Origin: Chiloscyllium plagiosum
Taxonomy: Eukaryota
DNA length: 64,000 nt
Direction of reading: 5' to 3'
NCBI RefSeq assembly: GCF_004010195.1
Contig: NC_057751.1
Location: 18,801,543-18,865,542 of the forward strand
The translations under genes were made by a program, and so were the position numbers. A model generated the notes under the pieces. That model did no database searches. It worked only from the letters and a program-made list of their open reading frames with translations, and was not told the DNA's origin. This document shows, piece by piece, positions 1 to 11,712 of this stretch. Within the stretch, counting starts at the first letter, position 1. Each line of letters starts with the position of its first letter.

Positions 1-440
1 GATTTACAGGGATGTTGCCTGTACCGAAGGTCTGCGTTATTGGGAGAGATTGGACAAGCTAGGACCATTGTCTTCAGCGCAAAGGATACTGAGAGCGGAT
101 CTTTCAGAAGTGTAAAAGATCATGAGAGGCATGGATAGGGTAAATGCAATCAGTCTTTTACCCACGCTGTAGGCAGCATAAGCTCAACGTTAGAGGGGAA
201 AATATAAAAGGGAATCTGAGAGGCAATCAGAAGGTGTGGTGTATATGGAATGAGCTGCCCGTGAAAGTGATTGGGGCTGTACATTAATGACATTTAAAAA
301 GCATTTGAACAAATACATATATAGGAAAGATTAGAAGCATATGAGTCAAGTCCTGTAAAGTGCGATTACTGTTGATGGATATTTCGTCAGCACGGATCAA
401 TTTGGACCAAATGGCCTGTCTCTGTGCAGTAGGACATATG
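1..440 (+). mobile_element. CR1 LINE 3' fragment (end of ORF2 and 3' UTR), decayed
   Basis: Matches the ORF2 C-terminal and 3' UTR motifs of the other CR1 copies in this window (gggatgttgcctg..., gtggtgtatatggaatgagctgcc, ccaaatggcctgtctctgtgc). Confidence 0.8.
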
Positions 441-1399
441 ACGCTGTGAAAGTTTCTGATTTCAAATAAACGTACTGGACTATAAACTGCTGCCATGAGA
501 CATCTAATCACTTTTTTACAATATTGCACCATGTACACTTTTGTATAGTATTAAATGTGCATCATATGGACGTGCTGTCCTCTTTTCTGTACAGAAACAA
601 AATAGGAACGCAGGGACAAAGCTATGTGAAAACACAAGTGGCAACGCACGCCATTTTTGTCTGAACAGGGTTCAGTTTGAAATGACCTTAATCTATCGTG
701 CATTTGAGAATGGTGGGGTAAGTAGATCACAGTCCTCTCAATGATTATCGCCTCAAATGCCTTGAGAATATATGATTTGATTTAATTATTGTCACGTGTA
801 CAGAGACACGGTGAAAAGTAATGTTTTGTGTGTTATGCAGACAAATCACACCTGGCATAAGTACATCAAAGTAATTGATCAGATTGTGGAAAATAGTGTT
901 ACAGCCCCAGAGAAAGCGCAGAGAAAGACCAACAGTAATAGTTGAGAAGCTTTCTCGTCAGTCTGACCACGACACGCAAGAAGGTGGTTTTGAATTTGTT
1001 ATTTAAAATGATCATTGCTGATGTGACAGTCCACCCGTCCTCTTCCCTATGCGTTTTTACCTGTAACTACGTGATTCTCCAAATGATCAAGAACGTCTCA
1101 GCCTTAAATATATGCATGCATTCTGCCCTGCCCCTCCTTTCCCAACCATACCTTTCAGTGGCAAGAATCTAAACCTCATCTGTTCAGTCTTCGATTGGCA
1201 ATACTTTATTTTGACGCTGGTTTTCGACTGCCCCCTGAGTCCTGCCAATATCTTTTGTTTTGCAGCTTTTTTGCAGTCTTTATCCATTGAAATAATACTC
1301 TTTATTCCCCCTTCCAAAATGAAAAAAAAAAACTTTTCATTGTCCAAAATTATACTTCATGGCCCAATTTTTGTCCATTTATTTAAAGTATTAAAGTCT

Positions 1400-1660
1400 C
1401 TCAGCAAACTATGTATTTCTCTCCCACAGAGTGTACTTCCATCTATTTTGTTTTCTGCAAATTTGACTGCAGCGCATTCACTTCCTTCCTCCAAGTCATC
1501 AACATATATTGTAAACGTTCATGCCCCAGCACTGATCCGTGTGGCATATCCCTGGTCCCGGGTCTCTAACCTGAAAAGCACTAACCCTTAACAGCACTCG
1601 CTCTTTCCTCTCCATCAGCCACTTCTTTATTCAGGCCAATATACAAACTTCAACAACATG
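1400..1660 (-). mobile_element. CR1 RT remnant
   Basis: tctgcaaattt...ccaagtcatc...ccccagcactgatccgtgtgg is the reverse complement of a degenerate PQGSVLG...KFAD region. Confidence 0.55.
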
Positions 1661-2279
1661 GGCTCGACAAAAACAATACTACCTCCAGTTTATGCCACCT
1701 CCCCCGAATCAAACTGGGTCTGCAAAGATCCAGAAGACAGGATATTTTTGCCATCTCCAGTGCCATGTCCATGTTCAGCACAAAATTGGTATTTTTCTCG
1801 ACTCTGCATTCTTTGTCAATCCCATGCCCGAATACACATTTCTACTTCTTTTAAACCAATTCATAACGAGCTCCCAAACTGTGGTAACGTTCTGGAAATC
1901 AAGTCTCAGTCTTCGTTCTGGAATTGTCACAATTCTCTTTTAAAGTACACAAAATTCTCCAAATTTCCTGAGGTTTGGCTCCAAATTATGAGCAAAACTT
2001 TACCGGGTTTCTGTACTAAACTATTTATTACAAATGAATGTCTGTGTCACTTTTTGGGGCTTTTAAAAATTATGGTCTAGAGTGTGGAAGAATTGTTTTA
2101 ACCGGGTTGCTAAATTGTTAAAGGTAAATACTGTAACACTCAAGGTATTCATCATTACAACGTGGGAGGTGTTGATGGCAACCTATGTCAAACATGAATT
2201 CCTCTTGTGTTTTTAATTCCACCAGGATCTAGTGAAACTGTGTACTCCTTGTGGCTTCTTCTATGTTTTGGAAGAGGAA

Positions 2280-2640
2280 GTTCTTGCTGACGAAAACTCT
2301 CCAATTTATAGTGTACATAACCAGTATTTCACGGTACGATTCATTCGCACTATGCTCCAGAGTTAACAAATTCACGCTGATGAAAACCCCTCAGTGTACA
2401 GTGCAAATAATCAGCATTTCATGACACTGTGCATTCACGGTATGGTTCAGAGATAACTAATTGGCACGGATGAAAGCTTTACAATATACAGTGTAAATAA
2501 TCAGCATGTAACTGTACGATTCATTCACACGACGATGTAGAGTTGACAATTCTGCCCTGATGAAAAGGCTTCAAGTTACAGTCGAAATAACGAGCAATTA
2601 ATGGTATTAATAATTCATATGATTTGCAGAATTTACACGT
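2280..2640. repeat. Diverged tandem repeat, ~90-bp unit, 4 copies
   Basis: An anchor of ctgacgaaaa/ctgatgaaaa/cggatgaaag/ctgatgaaaa recurs at ~2287, 2378, 2467 and 2557. Each is followed by similar tacagtg-aaataatcagca and cattca-agagtt motifs. Confidence 0.75.
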
Positions 2641-5600
2641 CTGGGGCTATTGCATGGAGTTGGGGAAGGGAGTACTTTCATTTTCAATTTCATATGACAA
2701 ATTCACCAAGTCCGTCTGCAAATCTTCCAAAAATAACAAATATGGATGACAGTAAAATATATTTAAGTTTCTGAAAGGGAAAGGGATCCGATAGTTTTCC
2801 CGAGAATATACAGTGTGTTTTAGTGAGGTTGGAAATGAACAGATCTGTGAACGAAGTCTTTAAACGTTACCCTGGAAATGCTGGTCTCAATTCCGTAGGC
2901 TAAGAATCAATCCCTTCCCTCAGCCCCTATCTGAGAAAAAGCAGAGTCAGGATGATGCAAGTGGAATGCATTGCAGGAGCATGATGACTGTCAATACGTT
3001 CCATGCAAAAAGCTTCCGCTCTGTCGCAAAACTCACAATCAATCGTTTTGACATGAGGTATGTAAAAACAAGACTAGACTGGGACAGACTGGAAAGATTG
3101 TCGCAGGTCGGAGCTCAAAATCTAATTGTTGAAGATAAACTGACTCGCAACACGGAATCTTATTGGCAGCATTCACTGCAGGTGTAGGAACCGTTAAAAT
3201 ACTCTATACTTAGTATGATTCAACGATTCGATTTGAGTGCTCTGTTCCAAATATAATCATCATAATTTTTGCTGTTGAACAGGGAACATTTCCGAGAGCA
3301 AGTCACATTTGCAGCAGGGGTAATGTTGTGGCGAAGAAGCTGAGAAAGTACATGAAGGAAGAGAAAGGTAGAGTGAAAAATTGTTTCCAAATAAACAAAA
3401 GAAGTCTGAAGCATTGAGTCTGGGAATCTGCTTCTGAAAACAAAAGATGGAAGTGAATGTTGTGTGAAAGAAAGAGAGGATGACAGAAATATGGAAAGAG
3501 TACAGAGAACGAGGGGCCGCCTTTCTGACTGATGTGCTCCCTCAGTACTGGCTTTCTGAATGCAAGGCGGCCTCTTTACTTCTCTGATGGCTACGCTGTC
3601 AACGTGCTGGCTCTTCAACTGCTATGTACCCTCGTAGCAGTTTAATTTAACTATTTAACTGCGACACTCCCAAAGTCCTGCCTGATTCATATTAGTACTA
3701 TCTCAATCCTAGCTTTCTGGCTGCAGCACTCCCTCATTACTGTTGTCTAACTGCAGTTCTTGTTCGGTTTTGCGTGTCTGACTATGCAGCGTAGCACTTC
3801 CTCAGCATTGAGTCTCCAACAGACCAGAAATCCGACATCAGTCAGGTCTAATAATATCTGATTATACGTTGCACATGCATTTATGTGTGGCCACTCACAT
3901 GCAAGTTTCTTCTCATCAACCCGTCGAAGCTCTATCAGTTTCTCTGTCTGCAGTATCTCAGGTCCTTTTTACATTGATTACATAATCCACCCAACCATGT
4001 TCATGCATTTGTTTTTCATATACATTGTATACTTCATCGCTTCTCATTTTTTTCTGTAGTTTTTCCAATTCGAAACATCTTATTTGCTTTCATTTTAACA
4101 AAATATTATTTTCCACAATCTGTTTCCAACTGAAAAAAGTCACTGTGTCCTTTGCTAAGCTTTATCTCTCAATGGTTAAGATTTAATTTATGTATTCAAA
4201 TTTCATTAATCTTTGGAAATCACGCATTTCAATTCTACCATATTAATATTCAGTTAGAGTCGTTTTTTTGTACATCACCTATCATCAGTCTTTTTTTTCC
4301 CCCATAAAACCACAAAATGTCATAGAATCATTGATTCATTACGCGTTGTGAGGTGTTTGCTTTTGATATGGTTAAATATCAATCACTTCAGAGTTTCAAT
4401 TTGTGCTATCAGCTTGTGATTCTTGGTCGGCCTGTGTCGAAAACGTTTTAATGATTCACTTTAAAGCATTTTTGTAGTTGTTGCTCTCACTCTGAAATGA
4501 TTATTAAAGTACTGATAAATTTGACGTTTTGTTTACTATTTTAGGTCTACTAATTGAAGATTGTGCAAATCGGTACAATAGCATGCCGAGTCAAAGGACA
4601 AATGCCAATTACAGCGACATTCAACAACCTACAATAAGCAAATAGATTCTCTCTTGGTATCTATTTTAAATCGGAATATTTCAGTTCTTTCAAGATCTGG
4701 AGAGATAATACGTAAATGCTTGCTTCCAATATTCCAATATGGATCAGAATGCCTATTACCCATCTAACGTACAGCAAATTAGGCGAAAAGGACGTCCCTT
4801 CTGAATCACAATATGCATGCCTACAAACTTTGCGGGGTGTGTCAGGATGAACCTTTTAAAATCATGTCCTTGGAAATGCTACAACTTTCATTGTGGTTTT
4901 CCACGTTTAAGGGACTTTGAAATAACTAAGATAATTTAAGTGGGGTTTGGAGAAGGCTACTGTTTGGATTAGTGCATTATGTAGTTGGCATTTAAAGGTG
5001 CAAGGAGCCAGGTTGGTGATGATGTGGAATACCAAGTGAATGACACACACAAAATAAAAATCACATATGCATTGTGTGACAGTGTGAGCTTTTTTATGTG
5101 CCGAGCCATCTATTTTGCGAGGATATTAGGCGTACTAAGTGGAAAGGACAGTGAGATCAGTTTGTGCATCAGTGTGGGTGAAATATTAGTGTCAATGACT
5201 AGTGACAAGGACTGGTTCTTAGTTATTCCAGATGAAGAGTGGTTGCACGCTCTTTCACCTGTTAGGTTGAGTGTTCATGTAAGAGACAACATTCCAAAGT
5301 CTGTAACACTGACTGATAATTGGGACATTCTTTGAATAGGTCATGATGTAGATAACTTTCTGTGATAAATTTAAAGTTATTGGGTAATTTTCTTCCGTAG
5401 TGCATCAGGACTTTTGAGAGTAATCACATTTTTGTTGTAAAGTACAATCTCCAATTGTCTCAAAGACGGATAATCGTGCCATGTGTGTCGACACATTGTA
5501 GCACGTACTCACCTTAAAACCATCAAACATTCTCCAAATGCTTAACGATTTTCATAAAACACGAAACAAATAGTTGGTTTGTATAATCGTTCCATCCAAT

Positions 5601-6718
5601 GAGCAAAACCGGCATAATAAACTTCACAGTTTCTCTTGTTTCCTCTTAACATTCAATTGAGTCAAATTTGATTAGTTTTATATAGCACGTTATTTCCCTC
5701 ATTGAATAAATTTCCAATCGAGGCATTGTCTTTTGGTGTAATGGTAGTTCCCCATTTCTGACTAGGAGATCTATTTTAAAATCCCATGCAGTCCATATTA
5801 ATTTAATGGCATCTCTAAGCAGTGTGACTATTAAAAATATTGAGTATAACCTTGGGTTTCATCAAATTCTCATCAATTGTTTGAGGTGGGGAAACCTCTC
5901 AAAGTTTAAAATGTTCGTGACTTAAAATGTTCAAATTTCATAACATTCAAGGGTGGTGGCCAAATTCTGCGAAGTGGGACAAGTGCAAAATGAGAGCAAT
6001 TTTCTTTTGTCAGAGCATAGTGTGCTAAATATCCTGTTCTGTATGAATCCATATTACATTGCTTCTAGGCTGTGTAAACACTTAGAAACATTTCAAACCA
6101 ATTGAAAACAAACACCTGCATTGTTGAAGATTAGCACAACTCATAACAAAGACAACTACATTTGTTTATCCATTTCAAATATTATCCCTGCTGTATGATG
6201 AGTATAAATTCTTAAATGTAAGATTCATTTGCAAGCAAAATAACTCAGGTGTCACATTGAACAAACGAGAATGGATTATCTCCTTTAATTGAGCACACGT
6301 CACTTTGCATGATCTTCATTCTATTTGCTAATGAGGAATCTTGTTCAATCGAGAGATCTCCTCCTACAAGTTTCAGTCGAAATCTTCAGGACAATGTTCG
6401 AAATAGGGAGTGCAAACGTGAATGATGGATTGACTTCTGATCAAATGTATTAAGAATGTAAACCAGTTCAACACCAGCAGACATTCCGAATTCCTCTCAT
6501 GACTAACTACCTGACAATAGGGCTATAATCTATCAGTTCACTTTGTATGCCTTAAAATCAAGTATGCTACATTTGATGGCCTATCGTTACTCAAGGAAAA
6601 AAAAGTGACGAAAAGACGTTAGGCACTTCAACTATATATTAGCTAACCAAACAAATGTAAACGATGCAATTTTTTTCACAGCTGAGGAAAAATAATTTCT
6701 GGAATAGAAAGGTATTTA

Positions 6719-7106
6719 AATTTTGTGCGAAGATTTGTAGCTCGGGTGCTCGTTGTTGTGGTTCTGTTCGCCGAGCTGGAAGTTTTTGTTGCAAACGTTT
6801 CGTCCCCTGGCTAGGCGACATCATCAGTGCTTGGGAGCCTCCTGCGAAGCGCTTCTAGGCCTAGAGGCATGGCATTCATCCACAAACTCCATCAACAAAC
6901 ACATCGACCTGGACCCAATATACCAACCACTACAGCGGACAGCTGAAACTGACAACCGGAAGCAGCAGGGACAAACCACTATAAACACCGGAGGAAACAT
7001 CAAAGAAGCGCTTCGCAGGAGGCTCCCAAGCACTGATGATGTCGCCTAGCCAGGGGACGAAACGTTTGCAACAAAAACTTCCAGCTCGGCGAACAGAACC
7101 ACAACA
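6719..7106 (+). mobile_element. Young Penelope-like element (PLE) 3' fragment with inverted pseudo-LTR
   Basis: Perfect 104-bp inverted arms at 6753-6856 and 7004-7107. The spacer encodes the GIY-YIG C-terminal tail LEAWHSSTNSINKHIDLDPIY. Flanked by a 13-bp direct repeat agaaaggtattta (6706-6718, 7107-7119) and absent from the paralogous site near 33870. Confidence 0.85.
7028..7070 (+). ncRNA. Minimal hammerhead ribozyme motif in PLE pseudo-LTR (mirror copy on - strand at ~6790-6832)
   Basis: gca-CTGATGA-t-gtcgcctagccaggggac-GAAAC-GTT-tgc: conserved core boxes, stem II, palindromic ACGT and an NUH cleavage triplet. This fits the minimal hammerheads known from Penelope-like elements. Confidence 0.7.
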
Positions 7107-7619
7107 AGAAAGGTATTTATTAGAGAATTAACAATATTTTGCACGACTAGAATTTTCTTGTTTAACTTCTGTTTTTCAAAAGGCCAACTCAGAATACACA
7201 TCTAAGGAGTTTTTGCAAGTTCCTTCGCATTTTGTCTGAATTTAATTTGAGTCCCTGCAGAAATGCATGGATTTTCAAAGAAGCTCAAAGACTTTAGGAA
7301 AGCTCCAGTTTCAGTCACAATATAAGCATGATTTGCACGAATCCCTTGGTAATGATTTGGATGTGACATTTTTTGAAGCGCAGGACATGAATCAACTATA
7401 AAAACTCAAAACTGACTGATGTAGTGAACAACAAACTTATGGATTTCTTCCGCTTTTCCATTACTCAATTTCTAGGACTCTCATTCCTTTGAACTCTGGG
7501 ATCCATATGAATTCTGTTAGCAAGTACATGCTTTCTGATAGTTAAAGAATAAAACAAGAAAATTAGTGTAAGCGGAAGCCAAGTGACCTAAACACTCTAA
7601 TACCACAAACAAAAACATG

Positions 7620-8150
7620 ATATCTTGGAGACGACCTTAGTTTTGCGGATAGTATCTAATGAATATCATGCAAGAACTATAAAAAAAAACTACATCGGAC
7701 AAACTAGCAGGGAGGTTGCCACCAAGATACATGAACACTAACTGGCCACGAAAAGACACGATCCACGATCACTCGATCCCATATATACAGACAAAGATGG
7801 ACACCAATTTGGCTGGGACAACACACACGTCATAGGACAGCCGAAACAAAGACAAGCACGAGACGTCTTAGAGGCATTGCACTCTAACTAGTACTCCATG
7901 AATAAACATATCGATTTGATTCCTATCTACTTTCCCTTGAAAAACAGACCGGAAATGACATCATCCATCTTCAGAAACCAAGACCTATAAATAGAGAGGC
8001 GGAAAATACCACCAGCACTTCACCTAGGTCTCTCACTACTGATGTTACCTAATATGGTGTCTAAACGTCTCAAAACACGCCTTCAAGCACAGCGATCTAT
8101 CTTGCATAATTATCATCAACCTAAGCTACAAATCTTCTCATAAATCGCGA
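7620..8150 (+). mobile_element. Penelope-like element, decayed GIY-YIG endonuclease plus 3' pseudo-LTR
   Basis: From 7691 it reads YIGQTSREVATKIHEH*LATKRHD...GHQFGWDNTHVIGQ...LEALHS...NKHIDL. A degenerate hammerhead-like tail lies near 8038-8070. Absent from paralogue copy B. Confidence 0.8.
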
Positions 8151-8569
8151 ACTGAGAATGTTGTTAGAACTATAGTTGCAGATTATTTATTGCAATATTT
8201 CTCTCTAAACTTCTACAAACACATCACTACAAATTGGTCAAAGTTGAAAGGGACAGTGAACCAAACAGGCAAATTGATAGTGAAAACAATCATATACGCA
8301 ATAACCCTGCACACAGGAATGTGGGACAGAAACGAAAATGCAAAATGGTAACTAAAACTACTGTATAGCATTCATTATTAATCATGCCATTAGATGTGCT
8401 GTTGCCATGGCCACCATATAAATAGGTATATGCTTGGAAAGTCCACAGAGTCCTCTCAAGAGAAGTAAAATTGTCACCAGGGTTGCTGTGAGAGATACAG
8501 AGATGACAAATAACATGCTAGTGACAGATGACAGCAAATATGAAAATAGTTATCGGGAATACTTTGCAT

Positions 8570-8920
8570 GACGTGGAGGTGCCAGTGTTGGACTGGGGTA
8601 GTAAAAGTTAAAAATGATATAGCACTGGGTTATAGTCCAACAGGTTTATTTGGAGGTGAAAGTTTTCTGAACGTTGCTCCTTCGCCAGGTAACTTGAGAA
8701 CAAGAGCACAGAACATACAATTTATAGGAAAATATTAACGTGTAAGGCAATTGATGCGGAGTATTGAGCAATTGGCTGAGATGGGAGGTCACTTTCTTAA
8801 ATCAAACCTAACATTATCTGGGCACTGTAACTTGAAAGAAGTTCAAGGATATACATACTAATCACTCAAAACCATTCGAAGTGATTACAGACTTTACTGA
8901 AATCCAGGTGTGTTCAATAC
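8570..8920 (-). mobile_element. PLE-derived short interspersed repeat with degenerate hammerhead motif
   Basis: Contains gggttatagtccaacaggtttatttgg. The minus strand at ~8660-8690 reads cctggcgaaggagcaacgttcagaaaac, a decayed CTGANGA...GAAA. Confidence 0.5.
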
Positions 8921-9383
8921 TTCGCATCAGCAGTACGACACTTCGAAGTTTTATGATAAATTCGGTTCCTGTGATCCGGCCTCACGATCGCCCTGACAAC
9001 TGCAAACGCGTGTTGTTCCAAGTCCACCTGTTTGACCATAGCATGCTGTTGTGTGTTGTTTAACTTTGAAAGTATTTTCATCCGTTCCAAGTGATTATCA
9101 AAATCGGAAAAGCACCCATACATTTACCAATCGTTCTTCTAGGATCACCCGAAAATTTGAAAATCCACCGAACGATGCAAATGGGCAATGTTACCACGCA
9201 AGTAGCTTCTTCAGATAAAAAAAATGTAAAATATTCAGCAAGTGTACCACATAGTTGACAACAGATTGCTCGTGAATATCCAAAAGGGAATGATGAAATT
9301 AGGACACAGGTTCTCTTATCTGGTGTGCTGTAAGAACTACAACACAATTAATAATGATTATTAACAATGTTACAATGGCTCAC

Positions 9384-9453
9384 CTGTAATATCAGCAGCG
9401 ACAGTAATCGAATAGTATTTTTTTTTCCAAGGAGAACAGCTGGATTCCCCTTT
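9384..9453 (-). pseudogene. Possible decayed exon 1 of a GPR139-like paralogue
   Basis: The minus strand reads (AAG)GNPAVLLGK..YYSITVAADIT-G|gtgag with a frameshift in the A run and no ATG. Length and donor position resemble intact exon 1 (MVKPSIILVKEIYYPILAAVALP-G|gtgag). No exon 2 recognised. Confidence 0.4.
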
Positions 9454-10109
9454 TGCACTTATTGTTAGTGATCTGTGCAGGGATTGAAAGGCTGAAGAAG
9501 AACTGAAAAAGAATCCATATTTACTCACGCTTCAAATCTCGATAGATTTAAACAGATAGGAAGGATGAACACATGGCTTGAGGGACGGTGTAGGAGGGAT
9601 GGGTTCAGATTTATGGGACATTGGGAACGGTTCTGATGAATGTGGGAGTACTACAAAATTGGACTGTCTACACCTGAACAGATTTGAACTATTTTCCTTG
9701 GGTAGTTTTCCCTTCTGCTTTTGGGGAGGTTTAAACTAATGTGGCAGGGGCTGGGAAACAGGAGAGAAGACTACTAGACAGTGAGGTGGAAACTGGAGAC
9801 TGTAAGTATCACAAAGGTCGCATAACAAAGGGGAAGCGAAAGCAGAGAGCAGATGAATGCAAAAGAACTGGTGGCCTGAACTGCATTTACTTCAATGCAA
9901 GGAGGATCGTGGGTAAGACAGGTGAACCCAGGGCTTGGATTGATGCCTGAGATTATGACGTTATTGCGATCACAGAGACCTGGCTGAAGGAAGAGCATTA
10001 TTGGCAACTAAGTGTTCCAGGATATAGATGCTTCAGACAAGATAGAGAGGGAAACACAAGGGTGGGGGGAGGAGTTGCACTGCTGGTCAGGGATGATATC
10101 ACGGCTGTC

Positions 10110-11147
10110 ACAGAACATAGAACATAGAACATAGAACAATACAGCACAGAACAGGCCCTTCGGCCAAGATGTTGTGCCGAACATTTGTCCTAGCTTAAGC
10201 ACCCATCCATGTACCTATCCAATTGCCACTTAAAGTTCGCCAATGATTCTGAGTCTGCCACTCAAACAGGCAGGGCATTCCATGACCACACCACTCTCTG
10301 GGTAAAGAACCTACCCCTTACATCCCCCCTATACCTTCCACCCCTCACCTTAAATTTATGTCCCCTTGTAACACTCTGTTGTACCCGGGGAAAAAGTTTC
10401 TGATTGTCTACTCTATCTATTCCCCTGATCATCTTATACACCTCTATCAAGTCACCCCTCATCCTTCTCCGTTCCAATGAGAAAAGGCCTAGCATGCTCA
10501 ACCTATCCTCGTACGACCTATTCTCCATTCCAGGCAACCAACATCACTTCACGCCTCTTGAATTCAATCCCTCTGCTAATGAACGCTAATACACCATAGG
10601 CCTTCTTACAAGCTCTATCCACCTGAGTGGCAACTTTCAAAGACCTATGAACATAGACCCCAAGATACCTCACTAAGAACCCTACCGTTAACCCTGTATT
10701 CTGCATTCTTATTTGTCTTTCCAAAATGGACAACCTTACACTTGGCAGGGTTGAACTCCATCTGCCACTCTTCAGCCCAGCTCTGCATCATATCCAAGTC
10801 CCTGTGCGGCCGACAAGAGCCCTCCTCACTATCCAAAACTCCACCAATCTTCATTTCATCTGCAAATTTACTGACCCACCCCTCGGCTCCCTCATCCAAG
10901 TCATTAATAAAAATTACGAACAGCAGAGGACCCAGAACTGATCCCTGCGGAACTCCACTTGTAACTGGGCTCCAGGCTGAATATTTACCATCTACCACCA
11001 CTCTCTGACTTCGACCGGTTAGCCAGTTTTCTATCCAACTGGCCAAATGTCCCTCTATCCCATGCCTCCTGACTTTCTGCATAAGCCTACCATGGAGAAC
11101 CTTATCATATGCCTTACTAAAATCCATGTATACTACATCCACTGCTC
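10110..11147 (-). mobile_element. 5'-truncated CR1 LINE nested in the + strand CR1
   Basis: ORFs 10645-11142 (DVVYMDFSKAYDKV...GVPQGSVLGPLLF...SKFAD) and 10262-10537. The (ttctatg)n tail reads as agaacat repeats at 10112-10138. Confidence 0.92.
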
Positions 11148-11417
11148 GATGTAGTGTCCTCGAAGGGAGGACACTATGGAGGGCTTGAGCAGTGAATCGT
11201 TATGAGTGTAACTGAGAAATAAAAAGGATGCAGTTACATTGGTGGGGCTGTGAGCATGAGGTAGAAGATCGAACAGGAAAACAGATTATGGAAAGATGTA
11301 GAGGCAACAGTGTGGTGATGGTGGGAGATTTTATTTTTCCCAACATTAATTGTGATACACTTAGTGCCAGATATCTGGATGGGGCAAAGTTTGTAAACAG
11401 CATCCATGAGAGTTTCT

Positions 11418-11712
11418 TTAGATTAGATTAGATTAATGAAAGTGTGCAAACAGGCCCTTCGGCCCAACAAGTCCACACTGACCCTCTGAAGAGCAACTCA
11501 CCCAGACCCATTCCCCTACATTAATCCCTTCTAACACTACGCGCAATTTAGCATGGCCAATTCACCTAACCTGCACATCTTTGGAGTGTCAGAGAAAACC
11601 GGAGCACACCCATGCAGACACGGGGAGAATGTGGAAACTCCACTAGAACAGTTGCCTAAGGCGGGAATTGTACCCAGATCTCTGGCGCTGTGAGGCAGCA
11701 ATGTCGCCCAGT
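11418..11712 (-). mobile_element. tRNA-derived V-SINE (HE1-like)
   Basis: Reverse complement of gctgcctcacagcgccagagatctgggtacaattcc, the central ctccccgtgtctgc motif, a CR1-like tail and an (aatct)n end. Confidence 0.85.

Larger units (their letters stand above)
3950..8360 (+). repeat. Segmental duplication copy A (paralogue of ~31000-34630)
   Basis: Collinear shared blocks include atcagcttgtg..tcttggtcggcctgt (~4410/~31460), aatttgacgttttgtttactattttagg (~4520/~31570), actttaggaaagctccagtttca (~7290/~34060) and gaagccaagtgacc (~7575/~34340). Confidence 0.85.

Noticed and set aside
1690..2080. 140-aa ORF or possible L1-like remnant
   Set aside because: No recognisable motif on the + strand, and the minus-strand resemblance is too weak to call.
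2280..2640. CRISPR-like regularly spaced repeats
   Set aside because: The whole 90-bp unit is homologous between copies, so there are no unique spacers. No cas genes, and the context is vertebrate.
6639..7049. Four overlapping ORFs on both strands
   Set aside because: By-product of the PLE inverted repeat; only a short GIY-YIG tail is real coding relic.
8914..9347. Exon 2 of the putative GPR139-like relic after cttacag at ~9328
   Set aside because: The implied intron is only ~55 nt, the frame stops within 10 codons, and no TM motifs are present.
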